From a virus, in IMG/VR virus record IMGVR_UViG_3300022074_000006, positions 32,001-96,000 of that record: DNA of 64,000 nt. One strand, written 5' to 3'. The notes under the pieces were generated by a model. The model was not told the DNA's origin, ran no database searches, and saw only the letters and a program-made list of their open reading frames with translations. Position numbers and translations under genes: made by a program. Positions 38,050-47,220 of the stretch are shown here, in pieces. Position 1 is the first letter of the stretch. Every line of letters begins with the position of its first letter.

Positions 38050-39642
38050 GTGTCATTAACTTCCAAGCGTGCCCAAGTAAAAGAAATAGTTCGGTGTGGA
38101 AAAGATCCTGTCTATTTTTTCAACAGATATCTGAAAATACAGCATCCAACCAAAGGGTCAATACCTTTTAAGACATTCCCGTTTCAAGATGACTGTGTGA
38201 GTGACTTTGTAGACCACCGTTTTAACATAATTTTGAAATCTAGACAGCTAGGCATATCTACAATAACAGCAGCTTATGCAGTCTGGCTAGCATGTTTCTA
38301 CAAGGACAAGAACATACTGGTCATAGCAACTAAATTAGCTGTTGCTCAAAACTTTATCAAAAAAGTTAAGACAGCTATTAGAAGCATGCCTGAATGGCTC
38401 TTGATGTCAGAGATTATTGGCAACAACAAACAGACTGTCGAGTTTAGTAATGGATCTACAATAAAGGCAGTTCCTACTTCCGACGATGCCGGTAGATCTG
38501 AGGCACTTTCTCTTTTGATAGTAGACGAAGCCGCGTTTATTAGAAATTTTGATGAACTTTGGACTTCTTTGTATCCTACACTTTCAACTGGTGGTCGTGC
38601 AATAGTTCTTTCAACACCAAACGGAGTCGGAGGACAATATCATGACCTCTGGTTGAAGGCAGAGTCTGGTGAAAGTCTTTTTAATGCCATAAAGCTGCCT
38701 TGGGACGTACATCCTGATCATGACCAGGAATGGTTTGAAAAGGAATGTAAAAATTTCTCCAGAAAGCAGATAGCTCAAGAGCTTTTGTGCGACTTTGCAG
38801 CTTCGGGTGAGACATTCTTAAATCATTCCGACATTGAACACATTGGTGCAAGAATCAAGACACCTATAGAGAAGTGGGGACCAGGCATGGGCGTGTGGAC
38901 TTGGAAGTACCCCCTGACAGAGCACAAATATATTGTAAGTGCTGACGTCGCGAGAGGAGATGCAGCAGACTATTCAGCTTTTCATGTAATTGACGTTGAT
39001 GAGTCAGAAATTGTAGCTGAGTTTAAAGGAAAAATTCCACCTGATGAATTTGCAATTCTTTTAAACGAAGTGGGAAGAAGATACTCAGACGCACTTCTAT
39101 GCCCTGAAAACAACACGTATGGATATGCACTAGTAATGAAACTCTGTGAACTCGGTTATAAAAATTTGTACTACCAGAATCCTAAGGATAAGATTTCTGC
39201 TATGTACGGTCTAAGCGATGTTCCAATAAGCAAGATAGGATTTACAACGTCAGGCCAGTCAAGAAATCAGATTCTTACAAAACTAGAACAGGTAATCAGA
39301 AACAAGGAAATTACAATATACTCTAGTCGATTATACGAAGAACTAAAGACGTTCATGTGGAAAGGTAATAAAGCTCAGGCACAAAAAGGAAAAAACGATG
39401 ACTTAGTAATGTCTTTAGCAATTGGAGTGTGGCTTTATGAGACTTCACCTGTTGCAAGTAGATCGACTCATGATCTCAACAAGGAAATGCTAAAGGCATT
39501 TGGTGTCAACGGTTCTAATGCAAAGGATACCAGCCTTTCTCCTTTTCATCACAAGGCTTACAACCCGTTCAAAAGGTACAAAAGCGAAGCTGTTCCGTTT
39601 GCTAGTGGGTCTGCAATGTCAGATTTTGGATGGCTTATTTAA
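38050..39642 (+). CDS. terL: Terminase large subunit (T4 gp17-like)
   Basis: KSRQLGIST (Walker A), LLIVDEAAF (Walker B), STPNG coupling motif, nuclease motifs ADVARG.AADYS and NDDLVMSLA. Confidence 0.95.
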   Translation: MSLTSKRAQVKEIVRCGKDPVYFFNRYLKIQHPTKGSIPFKTFPFQDDCVSDFVDHRFNIILKSRQLGISTITAAYAVWLACFYKDKNILVIATKLAVAQNFIKKVKTAIRSMPEWLLMSEIIGNNKQTVEFSNGSTIKAVPTSDDAGRSEALSLLIVDEAAFIRNFDELWTSLYPTLSTGGRAIVLSTPNGVGGQYHDLWLKAESGESLFNAIKLPWDVHPDHDQEWFEKECKNFSRKQIAQELLCDFAASGETFLNHSDIEHIGARIKTPIEKWGPGMGVWTWKYPLTEHKYIVSADVARGDAADYSAFHVIDVDESEIVAEFKGKIPPDEFAILLNEVGRRYSDALLCPENNTYGYALVMKLCELGYKNLYYQNPKDKISAMYGLSDVPISKIGFTTSGQSRNQILTKLEQVIRNKEITIYSSRLYEELKTFMWKGNKAQAQKGKNDDLVMSLAIGVWLYETSPVASRSTHDLNKEMLKAFGVNGSNAKDTSLSPFHHKAYNPFKRYKSEAVPFASGSAMSDFGWLI

Positions 39643-39660
39643 TATAGACATCGACTAGAT

Positions 39661-39667
39661 ATAATTA
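39661..39667 (+). promoter_or_regulatory. Putative late promoter motif ATAATTA
   Basis: Intergenic between terL and portal, 21 nt upstream of the ATG. Confidence 0.55.
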
Positions 39668-39688
39668 GTATGTATTGGGAGACATCAC

Positions 39689-41692
39689 ATGTCAGATAAT
39701 AATAAAGTACCAGGTCTTTTCAACAGATTGACATCACTCTTTAGGGGAGGCCCTACTGTTCGCAGAAGAATAAGAGCAACACAAGACAATCAAGAAAAAG
39801 GATTGACAACTGGTCAACTTCTTTTTAGAAGGTCAAACAGCGATACCTATAACGCAACTTTGTCCTCTTATGGGTCTTTCGATAGGATGTCACGATATAG
39901 CGACTTTGGTGAAATGGAATCGACACCTGAGATCGCATCTGCTCTAGACATATACGCGGAAGAGTCTGTTTCACCCGACGTTTCTGGTAGAATTCTTCAT
40001 ATTCACTCTGACAATAGAAAAATTCAAGAAATTTTAGAGACACTATTTTTTGACACCTTGAATCTAGACTTTAATCTTCCGATGTGGGTAAGGAATCTCT
40101 GCAAGTATGGTGACTTCTTTTTGTTTAACGACGTTTCGACAGAATACGGAGTTGTGAATGCATATCCCATACCCATCTCAGAAATAGAAAGAGAAGAGGG
40201 TTTTGACGGGACCGACCCTAACGCTGTCCGTTTTAGATGGTTAACTCAGGGGAACAAAGTTCTAGAAAACTGGCAAGTTTCACACTTTAGACTTTTAGGC
40301 AACGATGCATTTTTACCATACGGATCTTCCGTTTTGGAATCGGCCAGAAGAATCTGGAGGCAGCTTATTCTGATCGAAGATGCAATGCTCGTTTATAGAG
40401 TGATTAGGTCGCCTGAAAGAAGAGTGTTCTACATAGACGTCGGCAACGTCCCTCCAGAAGAGATTAGCAACTACGTGGAGCAGGCAAAAACTGCCCTGAA
40501 GCGAAATCAAATAGTTGATTCAGCAACTGGAAGAGTTGACATTAGATACAATCCGATGAGTGTCGACGAAGATTACTTCATACCTGTTCGAGGAGGAGAA
40601 TCCGGAACCCGGGTTGAATCTATTGCAGGCGGTACTAATACATCAGCAATAGAAGATGTTGAGTACATTCAGAAGAAGCTTTTCGCTGCTCTAAAGATAC
40701 CCAAAGCCTATCTCGGCTATGATGAAGATGTTGGAGCAAAAGCAACCCTGGCCCAAGAAGATATCAGGTTTAGTAGAACTATTCACAGAGTTCAAAAGAC
40801 GGTCATTGCTGAGCTTAACAAAATAGCAATGATTCATTTGTTCTCCCACGGATATCAAAGTGAAGACTTGTTAGACTTTGACCTTAAGCTAGCAAATCCG
40901 TCGTCAATAGCACAACAGCAAAAGCTTGAACTGATACGATCGAAGTTCGAGATAGCAGGAACTGCTCCTGAAGGGCTAGTTGATAGATCATGGATTAGAA
41001 AAAACGTCTTAGAATTAAATGATGATCAAATTGAGACTATAGAGCGAGGGAAAATAGAGGACAAAAAGACAGATCTAGCTCTAGAGGCTGTTACGTCTGA
41101 AGAGCCTGATGAGGCTGCCGCAGGAGATGAAGGCGGTGCCGAAGAAGAGCCTGCAGCTGAAGAAGGGGGAGATGATGAAGATCTCTTTTCGTCAGACAAG
41201 GTCGATGGCGACGTTCTAGACGGTCTTCCGGTTCACGCTCAAAAAAATTCCAAAGCAAATAAAGACAAAAAAGGTGAAGAAGGCCTGGATAAGCTTTCGA
41301 TAGATGACGAAGATGCTCCCATCAAAGCAACTAATGTCATAAAAAATGCTTTTGGAGAACCCATCAATAATCCAAAGAGGTATCGGACTAGTGACTTACA
41401 CATGCCAGACTTTGGAAAGATGGTGTCTGTGTCAAAGTCTAAAGCAAGGCCGCAAGATTCTATGCTCAAGCCGTATGGTCCTGACGATGTTCTAGAAGGG
41501 CCTTTTGATAGATGGGAAAGAAAGATTGAAAAGTCTTCCATGATGACTCCTGACATGAAGCAAGCCCTCAAACAAATGAATAGAGCTATGGATATACCGA
41601 GAGAAAGCATACTTACAGAAGGAGAGGGCCCTATATCTATAGTTGAAGTCCTGCTAGGGGATGAAATTGTTGAAAATGGTGACGAAGATTAA
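39689..41692 (+). CDS. Portal protein (T4 gp20-like) with an acidic C-terminal extension
   Basis: EDAMLVYRVIRSPERRVFYIDVGNVP, EDYFIPVRG, DVEYIQKKLFAALKIPK are T4-type portal motifs. Confidence 0.95.
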   Translation: MSDNNKVPGLFNRLTSLFRGGPTVRRRIRATQDNQEKGLTTGQLLFRRSNSDTYNATLSSYGSFDRMSRYSDFGEMESTPEIASALDIYAEESVSPDVSGRILHIHSDNRKIQEILETLFFDTLNLDFNLPMWVRNLCKYGDFFLFNDVSTEYGVVNAYPIPISEIEREEGFDGTDPNAVRFRWLTQGNKVLENWQVSHFRLLGNDAFLPYGSSVLESARRIWRQLILIEDAMLVYRVIRSPERRVFYIDVGNVPPEEISNYVEQAKTALKRNQIVDSATGRVDIRYNPMSVDEDYFIPVRGGESGTRVESIAGGTNTSAIEDVEYIQKKLFAALKIPKAYLGYDEDVGAKATLAQEDIRFSRTIHRVQKTVIAELNKIAMIHLFSHGYQSEDLLDFDLKLANPSSIAQQQKLELIRSKFEIAGTAPEGLVDRSWIRKNVLELNDDQIETIERGKIEDKKTDLALEAVTSEEPDEAAAGDEGGAEEEPAAEEGGDDEDLFSSDKVDGDVLDGLPVHAQKNSKANKDKKGEEGLDKLSIDDEDAPIKATNVIKNAFGEPINNPKRYRTSDLHMPDFGKMVSVSKSKARPQDSMLKPYGPDDVLEGPFDRWERKIEKSSMMTPDMKQALKQMNRAMDIPRESILTEGEGPISIVEVLLGDEIVENGDED

Positions 41693-41695
41693 AAA

Positions 41696-42532
41696 ATGAC
41701 AAAAAGAACTCATAATAAAAAAAGAAACGTAGGTATCTTATACGAACTCCTGGTCAGAAAAGTTTCTGAATCGCTTATTGAAGGTGATGAAAGAAAGTCA
41801 GACCAAGCAATCGGGATTATTGAAGAATTTTTTTGCAAAGAAAGTGTGCTTCTAAAAGAGTATAGACTTTTTTCTGCTCTAACAAAAACCTACGTTGAAT
41901 CAGATCACATCGCATCAAAACTACTTGCTGAAGCTCGAAAGGGAGCACAAGATTTTGACCACAACAAGCTTGAACATGAAAAGTCTAGGCTGATCAAAAA
42001 AATCAACAAGACTTTCGATGATGATAGCTTCTTTAACAGCAAGATTCCAGAGTACAAAAAGTTTGCATCGATTCAAACGGTCCTAAATGCCTGGAGAGAA
42101 CCTGAGAAGTTTGGGCTAGGTAGGATTGCAGAATCAGAAGAGAGAGTGGTCGCTATACTAAAAGAAAAGAATCAGATAGAAGATCTTGCTGATCTAAAGA
42201 CAAAAGAAGTCAATCCACTCACGTCAAAGCTGATGCTTGAAAAATTTAACAAAAAGTTTCAAAAACTTTCAGGTTCTCAAAAAAGAATAGTTGAAACAGT
42301 TCTTTCTAAGAATTCCGAAAACTTGAAATCTGTTCTTGTCGATGAAAAAGCACAAGCTTTTCGATCACTCAAAGAACTTCAGAAAGAGGATGCTAGTGAA
42401 TGGGTGGCGAAAAAAATAGAAAAGGTTCGACCTTTGATAGAATCCTTAAACCCAGAAGACACTACAGATTCTAATATACAAAAATTTATGACAGTCGCTC
42501 ACATGACTGCATTGATCGAGGAGGAAAGTTAA
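41696..42532 (+). CDS. Hypothetical helical head-region protein
   Basis: 278-aa ORF between portal and protease, 3 nt after the portal stop. Confidence 0.7.
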   Translation: MTKRTHNKKRNVGILYELLVRKVSESLIEGDERKSDQAIGIIEEFFCKESVLLKEYRLFSALTKTYVESDHIASKLLAEARKGAQDFDHNKLEHEKSRLIKKINKTFDDDSFFNSKIPEYKKFASIQTVLNAWREPEKFGLGRIAESEERVVAILKEKNQIEDLADLKTKEVNPLTSKLMLEKFNKKFQKLSGSQKRIVETVLSKNSENLKSVLVDEKAQAFRSLKELQKEDASEWVAKKIEKVRPLIESLNPEDTTDSNIQKFMTVAHMTALIEEES

Positions 42533-42533
42533 A

Positions 42534-43133
42534 ATGAAGCTATTGACTGAATGGTCACCTTTTGAATACTCCAATGACATGATTAACGAGTCAAAAGAGC
42601 GAAACGACGGAAAAATTATCATGAAGGGGGTTTTGCAAAAAGCAGACACTCTAAATCAGAACAAGAGAATATACCCGCAAGCCATCTTAGAAAGAGAGGT
42701 CAGAAACTATCAGAAGTTCATAGCAGAAAATAGAGCTTTGGGAGAATGTGATCACCCCCAGACATCAGTCGTTGAGCTTAAAAATGCATCTCATATAATC
42801 AGAGAGGCTCACATGGAAGGCGGGGTTGTCTACGGAACTGTTGAGCTTCTCAACACACCTGCAGGCAAAATATTGCAAAGTTTAGTCGAGTCTGGCGTCA
42901 CCCTTGGAATATCTTCTAGAGGTGTGGGATCAACTAGAAGAGACGGCGACTACGATGTTGTCCAAGATGATTTTCAACTAATCTGCTGGGACTTTGTTTC
43001 AGAGCCTAGTACTCCTGGTGCTTTTATGATGTCAGAGGGAAAGTCAGTATCTTCTGAAGATCTTAATAGACACTTTAACAAGACAGACAAGATAGATAGA
43101 GTTTTTAATGAAATTCTAGATTGGGAGAAATAA
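42534..43133 (+). CDS. Prohead core protease (T4 gp21-like)
   Basis: KGVLQKAD..NQNKRIYP, ALGECDHP, LGISSRGVGS, WDFVSEPST motifs. Confidence 0.92.
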   Translation: MKLLTEWSPFEYSNDMINESKERNDGKIIMKGVLQKADTLNQNKRIYPQAILEREVRNYQKFIAENRALGECDHPQTSVVELKNASHIIREAHMEGGVVYGTVELLNTPAGKILQSLVESGVTLGISSRGVGSTRRDGDYDVVQDDFQLICWDFVSEPSTPGAFMMSEGKSVSSEDLNRHFNKTDKIDRVFNEILDWEK

Positions 43134-43136
43134 GAG

Positions 43137-43598
43137 ATGGGCTATCTTCAAAATGCTAAACCGGGCATCGGAGCTGTGGGCGAATATCAAGCCGCAGGTC
43201 GTCCATGGGTGAGGTTAGTAACAGTACCGGCTGGAGCCGACTTAACAAATACAGCAGCGAACGCAGACGTCAACGAGTTTAAGGTGGAATTTCCGGCTGT
43301 CACAAGAAGAGTGATTGTTAGGAACACTTCCGGTGGTACGGCGAACGTTCATTTTGCCAGCTTGGCTACGACAGATGATGGTGCAGTAGCAGCAGGCAAC
43401 AACAGTGCTGTTAAAAAAGGAAAAAATTACATCCAGCTCACAACAGGAAAAGAAATCAGCATGGATATCAAGTGCAGGTTCATTTTCTTGTCAAAAGTTG
43501 GTGCAGACGCAATTGACGTTGAAGTTATTGCTGAGCTAACAAATATACAAGAACCTTATGATCTCAACAAGAGAGGTCTGGAGGGTATAACCAAATGA
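43137..43598 (+). CDS. Hypothetical beta-rich head-region protein (possible decoration protein)
   Basis: 153-aa ORF tightly coupled to its neighbours; function inferred from context only. Confidence 0.6.
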   Translation: MGYLQNAKPGIGAVGEYQAAGRPWVRLVTVPAGADLTNTAANADVNEFKVEFPAVTRRVIVRNTSGGTANVHFASLATTDDGAVAAGNNSAVKKGKNYIQLTTGKEISMDIKCRFIFLSKVGADAIDVEVIAELTNIQEPYDLNKRGLEGITK

Positions 43599-44032
43599 GC
43601 AAGCCTAAGATTTCTAGAAGTGCTCTCAAAGCTGTCATCAAAGAGTGCTTGGTTGAGATCCTTGCAGAAGGGATAGGCTCAGAAAAGGCTTCAAGTCAAC
43701 TCAAGAAAAGCCGAACATCTACAGTCTCGAGAAAGAAGCCCGTCAAAAATCAGGCAAGAAACCTTTCTGAGAGAAGAGAAGTTCAAAACGATTCTTTCGA
43801 CAGCGCTGTGAAAAGAACGGCTTCTTCATTGACGTCTGATCCAGTGATGGCAGCTATATTTGAAGAAACAGCAAGAACTACACTTCAAGAACAAAAAGAG
43901 AATGCACCTCCTGTAGTTGCTGACAACAGATCACCTTTGCAAGATAGCAATTCTGGGTCTGAGTTGACAGAAATGTTTGAAGGATCTTCCAACTGGGCAA
44001 CTCTTGCATTTACTGAAAAGAAAACTGTCTAA
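43595..44032 (+). CDS. Hypothetical head-region protein
   Basis: ATGA overlap with the upstream gene; basic N-terminal half, several LxE motifs. Confidence 0.65.
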   Translation: MSKPKISRSALKAVIKECLVEILAEGIGSEKASSQLKKSRTSTVSRKKPVKNQARNLSERREVQNDSFDSAVKRTASSLTSDPVMAAIFEETARTTLQEQKENAPPVVADNRSPLQDSNSGSELTEMFEGSSNWATLAFTEKKTV

Positions 44033-44047
44033 ATTTTAAGTTTCATC

Positions 44048-44054
44048 ATATTTA
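44048..44054 (+). promoter_or_regulatory. Putative late promoter motif ATATTTA (context CATCATATTTAAT, repeated around 45500)
   Basis: Intergenic; the same 13-mer occurs at 44044-44056 and 45496-45508. Confidence 0.6.
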
Positions 44055-44091
44055 ATCATTGATCCATAATTTTCCGACAAGGAGTGAAAAA

Positions 44092-44373
44092 ATGGCAAAA
44101 TTCAAAAAACTAACGCCTGCAATTCTTAAAAAGATCATTCTAGAAGAAAAAGAGGCACTAATAAACGAGTCTGATCCGATAGCACAGGGTGTTGAAGATC
44201 CTGCTAAGGTCGACGCAGAAGAGGTTGATGCTAGCGAGCAAGCTACTTCTTTGGAGAAAGACATTGACTTCATCAAAGCTCTCAAGATAGAAGAGCAGAA
44301 GACAACTCGTTATCTAAAGAAGATCCAGGAGGCGAAAACACTTATTTCAAATCGTCTTCTCACTAAGATTTAA
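44092..44373 (+). CDS. Small hypothetical head-region protein
   Basis: AGGAG RBS at about 44080 supports the ATG at 44092 rather than the track start at 44059. Confidence 0.7.
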   Translation: MAKFKKLTPAILKKIILEEKEALINESDPIAQGVEDPAKVDAEEVDASEQATSLEKDIDFIKALKIEEQKTTRYLKKIQEAKTLISNRLLTKI

Positions 44374-44396
44374 TCAGCTAAAGAAAGGAGAATAAG

Positions 44397-44867
44397 ATGG
44401 CTGTCAAAGGAACCAAGGACCCACAGATAGTTATAGGAGTCCCGAAGACTGTAAGGGACAAGGGATCTGCACCTAATGGTGTGTCTAAAAGTGACACTCA
44501 AACAATGCAATCAATTTACGGTAATTCTCCTATTCATGCAGAAAGAATTACTGACGAATCTGTCAAGGCCATGCTGCAAGAAGAGTTAAATAAGTTTACA
44601 TACACGGATGCACCTAGCTATGAAGATGTGCCTACAGGTGGCGGTGGTTTGCCAGCAAGCCCTTTCACCCCGAACCCATCATCTTCACCATCAGGCAAGC
44701 CTGAAGACCAGCCAGCTGCACCAGACGGATACGGATCTGAGCCAACGTCTGAAGGTTACGGTATCGGACCATCACACAATGGAACTTCTAGAAATCCGGG
44801 TACATCATCTACACGCGTAGCTAGAACTATCGGAGAATTGGTCAAGGGTGTAGGAAGCGCTGGATAA
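44397..44867 (+). CDS. Pro/Gly/Ser-rich hypothetical protein
   Basis: AAGGAG RBS; 156 aa. Confidence 0.7.
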   Translation: MAVKGTKDPQIVIGVPKTVRDKGSAPNGVSKSDTQTMQSIYGNSPIHAERITDESVKAMLQEELNKFTYTDAPSYEDVPTGGGGLPASPFTPNPSSSPSGKPEDQPAAPDGYGSEPTSEGYGIGPSHNGTSRNPGTSSTRVARTIGELVKGVGSAG

Positions 44868-44959
44868 TCCAGATCGCTAAACTCTTAAAGACTAAATTGT
44901 CATACTTCAAATTACCACGCCTCAATTTTGCACCACAAACAACGGGATCGGAAATTTAA

Positions 44960-45454
44960 ATGAGTTTTCGGTCCCTACCTTTCGATTCTATGTCCGACAA
45001 AGGATATGGAAACATGGGAAAGATTCAGAAGCAAAGAAATGCAGGGGATTCTTACCCATACCAAGAGCCCGTAAGTCATCACGAAGATGATGATTTAGAT
45101 CCTGAAATCAAAAAGAAAGTAAGAAAAAAGTCAGGTAACGGTACACAAAAGACTGACTTTTACGCTGATCTCGGTACTGATAAGTTTTACTTTGTCGGCG
45201 GAAATACTAAACTAATAGATTGTTTTATAAATCCAGGTGAAGTCTTGAAAGAAGTCGTGTCATATGCGAGAATGTTTGGATCAGTTCCAAAGATGTATAA
45301 AGGAAAGAAAGTTGCAGGAGGTGCCACATTCCCGGGCGGTGTAGGCAACTTTAGAGGCATCGGAATGAAGTCTGGGTTCGCTTCAGCGCCCCCTCCTTTT
45401 GATGAAGACTTTTTGCAAAGAAGTGAAGAAGAAGACGAAGAAGAACAAGACTAA
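44960..45454 (+). CDS. Hypothetical protein with an acidic C-terminus
   Basis: 164-aa ORF filling the gap before the scaffold gene; no clear RBS. Confidence 0.6.
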   Translation: MSFRSLPFDSMSDKGYGNMGKIQKQRNAGDSYPYQEPVSHHEDDDLDPEIKKKVRKKSGNGTQKTDFYADLGTDKFYFVGGNTKLIDCFINPGEVLKEVVSYARMFGSVPKMYKGKKVAGGATFPGGVGNFRGIGMKSGFASAPPPFDEDFLQRSEEEDEEEQD

Positions 45455-45499
45455 GTTTAAAAACCGGGAAAAGGGTGCAGAAAACTGTAATTTTGCATC

Positions 45500-45506
45500 A
45501 TATTTA
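45500..45506 (+). promoter_or_regulatory. Putative late promoter motif ATATTTA for the scaffold-capsid unit
   Basis: Intergenic, 26 nt upstream of the ATG at 45533. Confidence 0.6.
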
Positions 45507-45532
45507 ATTGTTGAACTCTAGAAGGTGGTGAA

Positions 45533-47176
45533 ATGTCTAATACCTTATATAACGAAGCCATTGCAGACGCAAAGCAGCTTAAGCAGATGGCAGAAGAAGA
45601 TGCTAAGAACAGAATCATAGACGCAATCACTCCACGAATCAGACATCTTATCGAAAGCAAAATTCTAGGAGAATCTTTGCCCGAAGAGATAGAAGTAGAA
45701 GATGGAGAAGAAAAGTCTGAACCTGAACTTGACTTGGATCTAGGAAGCCTTAGCAGTGAACCTGCTCCGGCTCCGGAGATGAGTCATGGCAGTGAGGAAA
45801 AACCAAAGGTCAAAATAGATCCTGAGGGACCTGTTTCTGTAGACTTAGGTGATTTTGAGATAGAATTTAACACTTCTGAAGAAGATGAGATGGTTTTAGA
45901 CCAGGATATGGCTGAGGTTTTGAAAAGAGCAACGGGACTGACAGCTGATCTTTCTGAGTCTTTGGACTCGCTAGAAGAGAGGCTCGGGCTTGTTAAGAAA
46001 GCTCTGGGCATAGCAAAAACATCAGGAACACCTTCACAGAAGCAAAAAGTATCAAATTTAGTTGAAAACGTAGCTAAAGAAGCTGCAAGTGTTGTAAAAC
46101 AGCTGAGTCTAGCAAATCAGTTAGGCTCGGATAATGCCCCGGAGAGGGCTAGAATCGATGTCATTATTAAGGAGTTAAAAACCATGACAGATCGCAAGGG
46201 AAGAAATATTTTTGATTTCCTCTTCGAGGCAGAAGAAGCTGTAAGTGAACTTTCGCTTAAAGAAGAAGAGGAAGGAGAGGCAGAAGAGGGGGAGGAAGCT
46301 GAAGAGGCTGCTGGCGAAGAATTAAGCCCAGAAGTTGAAGATGCTTTCAAGAGCCTTGGTGATGCACTTGGACTCGAGGTCGAAGACGAAGGCGCCGACG
46401 AAGGCGACGAAGACGAAGACGAAGACGAAGATGAAGATGAAATGGATCTAGATGAGACCTCTCACATGGATGAGATGGACCCTAAGATGGAAATGGATCC
46501 TAAAATGGAAATGGAAGAGGTTTACGAGATTGACGAGAACGTTCTTGCTCGTGAGCTTATGAGACTTCGCAATCTTCGCGAAGAAACATCAGGTGTTGAA
46601 GATCCTTCAAAGACCGCTGACGCTTTCGGTGGCGGAGACGTTGAAGACGAAATGTTCGTAGACGTTTCAGAAGAGCAACTTCTCAATGCACTTGATGATG
46701 AGCTTGGGTCTGTTTCTGAGTCTGTTAAGCAGGAAATCGTCCGAAGAGCCAAGAGAGCTTCCTTGCGCGAGTCACGTGCACACAGAAGAAACACAAGAAG
46801 AGCTCGACGCACCGTTGATACCGGAGCAGAGAGAAAGATTGCGAATCTTCAAGAGCAGCTCAACGAAATGAACGTTTTTAATGCTAAGCTTCTTTACGCA
46901 AACAAGCTTATGCAGAATAGAAATTTATCAACTAAGCAGCAAAGAGCTATTGTCGAGGCTATGGATAGTGCTAAGACGGTTCGCGAAGCTAAGTTGCTTT
47001 ACAGTAGCCTAACGGCTTCTATGAAGAAGGGCAAGAAGGGAACCCTTGCTGAGAGCGCGACCAAAGGTCAAATTCTCGGAGCGTCCTCCAGATCAACCCG
47101 GTCGGCATCTCCGGCCAATAGTGGAGTTGGGGTGGACAGATGGTCAATACTTGCTGGACTAAAGAAGGACAGCTAA
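45533..47176 (+). CDS. Prohead scaffolding/core protein (T4 gp22-like role)
   Basis: Directly upstream of the capsid gene; very acidic and helical with many LxE sites; C-terminal coiled coil LQEQLNEMNVFNAKLLYANKL. Confidence 0.8.
   Translation: MSNTLYNEAIADAKQLKQMAEEDAKNRIIDAITPRIRHLIESKILGESLPEEIEVEDGEEKSEPELDLDLGSLSSEPAPAPEMSHGSEEKPKVKIDPEGPVSVDLGDFEIEFNTSEEDEMVLDQDMAEVLKRATGLTADLSESLDSLEERLGLVKKALGIAKTSGTPSQKQKVSNLVENVAKEAASVVKQLSLANQLGSDNAPERARIDVIIKELKTMTDRKGRNIFDFLFEAEEAVSELSLKEEEEGEAEEGEEAEEAAGEELSPEVEDAFKSLGDALGLEVEDEGADEGDEDEDEDEDEDEMDLDETSHMDEMDPKMEMDPKMEMEEVYEIDENVLARELMRLRNLREETSGVEDPSKTADAFGGGDVEDEMFVDVSEEQLLNALDDELGSVSESVKQEIVRRAKRASLRESRAHRRNTRRARRTVDTGAERKIANLQEQLNEMNVFNAKLLYANKLMQNRNLSTKQQRAIVEAMDSAKTVREAKLLYSSLTASMKKGKKGTLAESATKGQILGASSRSTRSASPANSGVGVDRWSILAGLKKDS
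46383..46520 (+). repeat. Low-complexity coding repeats in the scaffold gene: (GA[CT]GAA)n encoding DEDEDE and two MDPKME units
   Basis: GACGAAGACGAAGACGAAGACGAAGATGAAGATGAA and ATGGACCCTAAGATGGAA/ATGGATCCTAAAATGGAA, read directly. Confidence 0.85.
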
Positions 47177-47220
47177 GTCCATTTAACACACAACGACATT
47201 AACATTAAGGAGTTTTTAAA

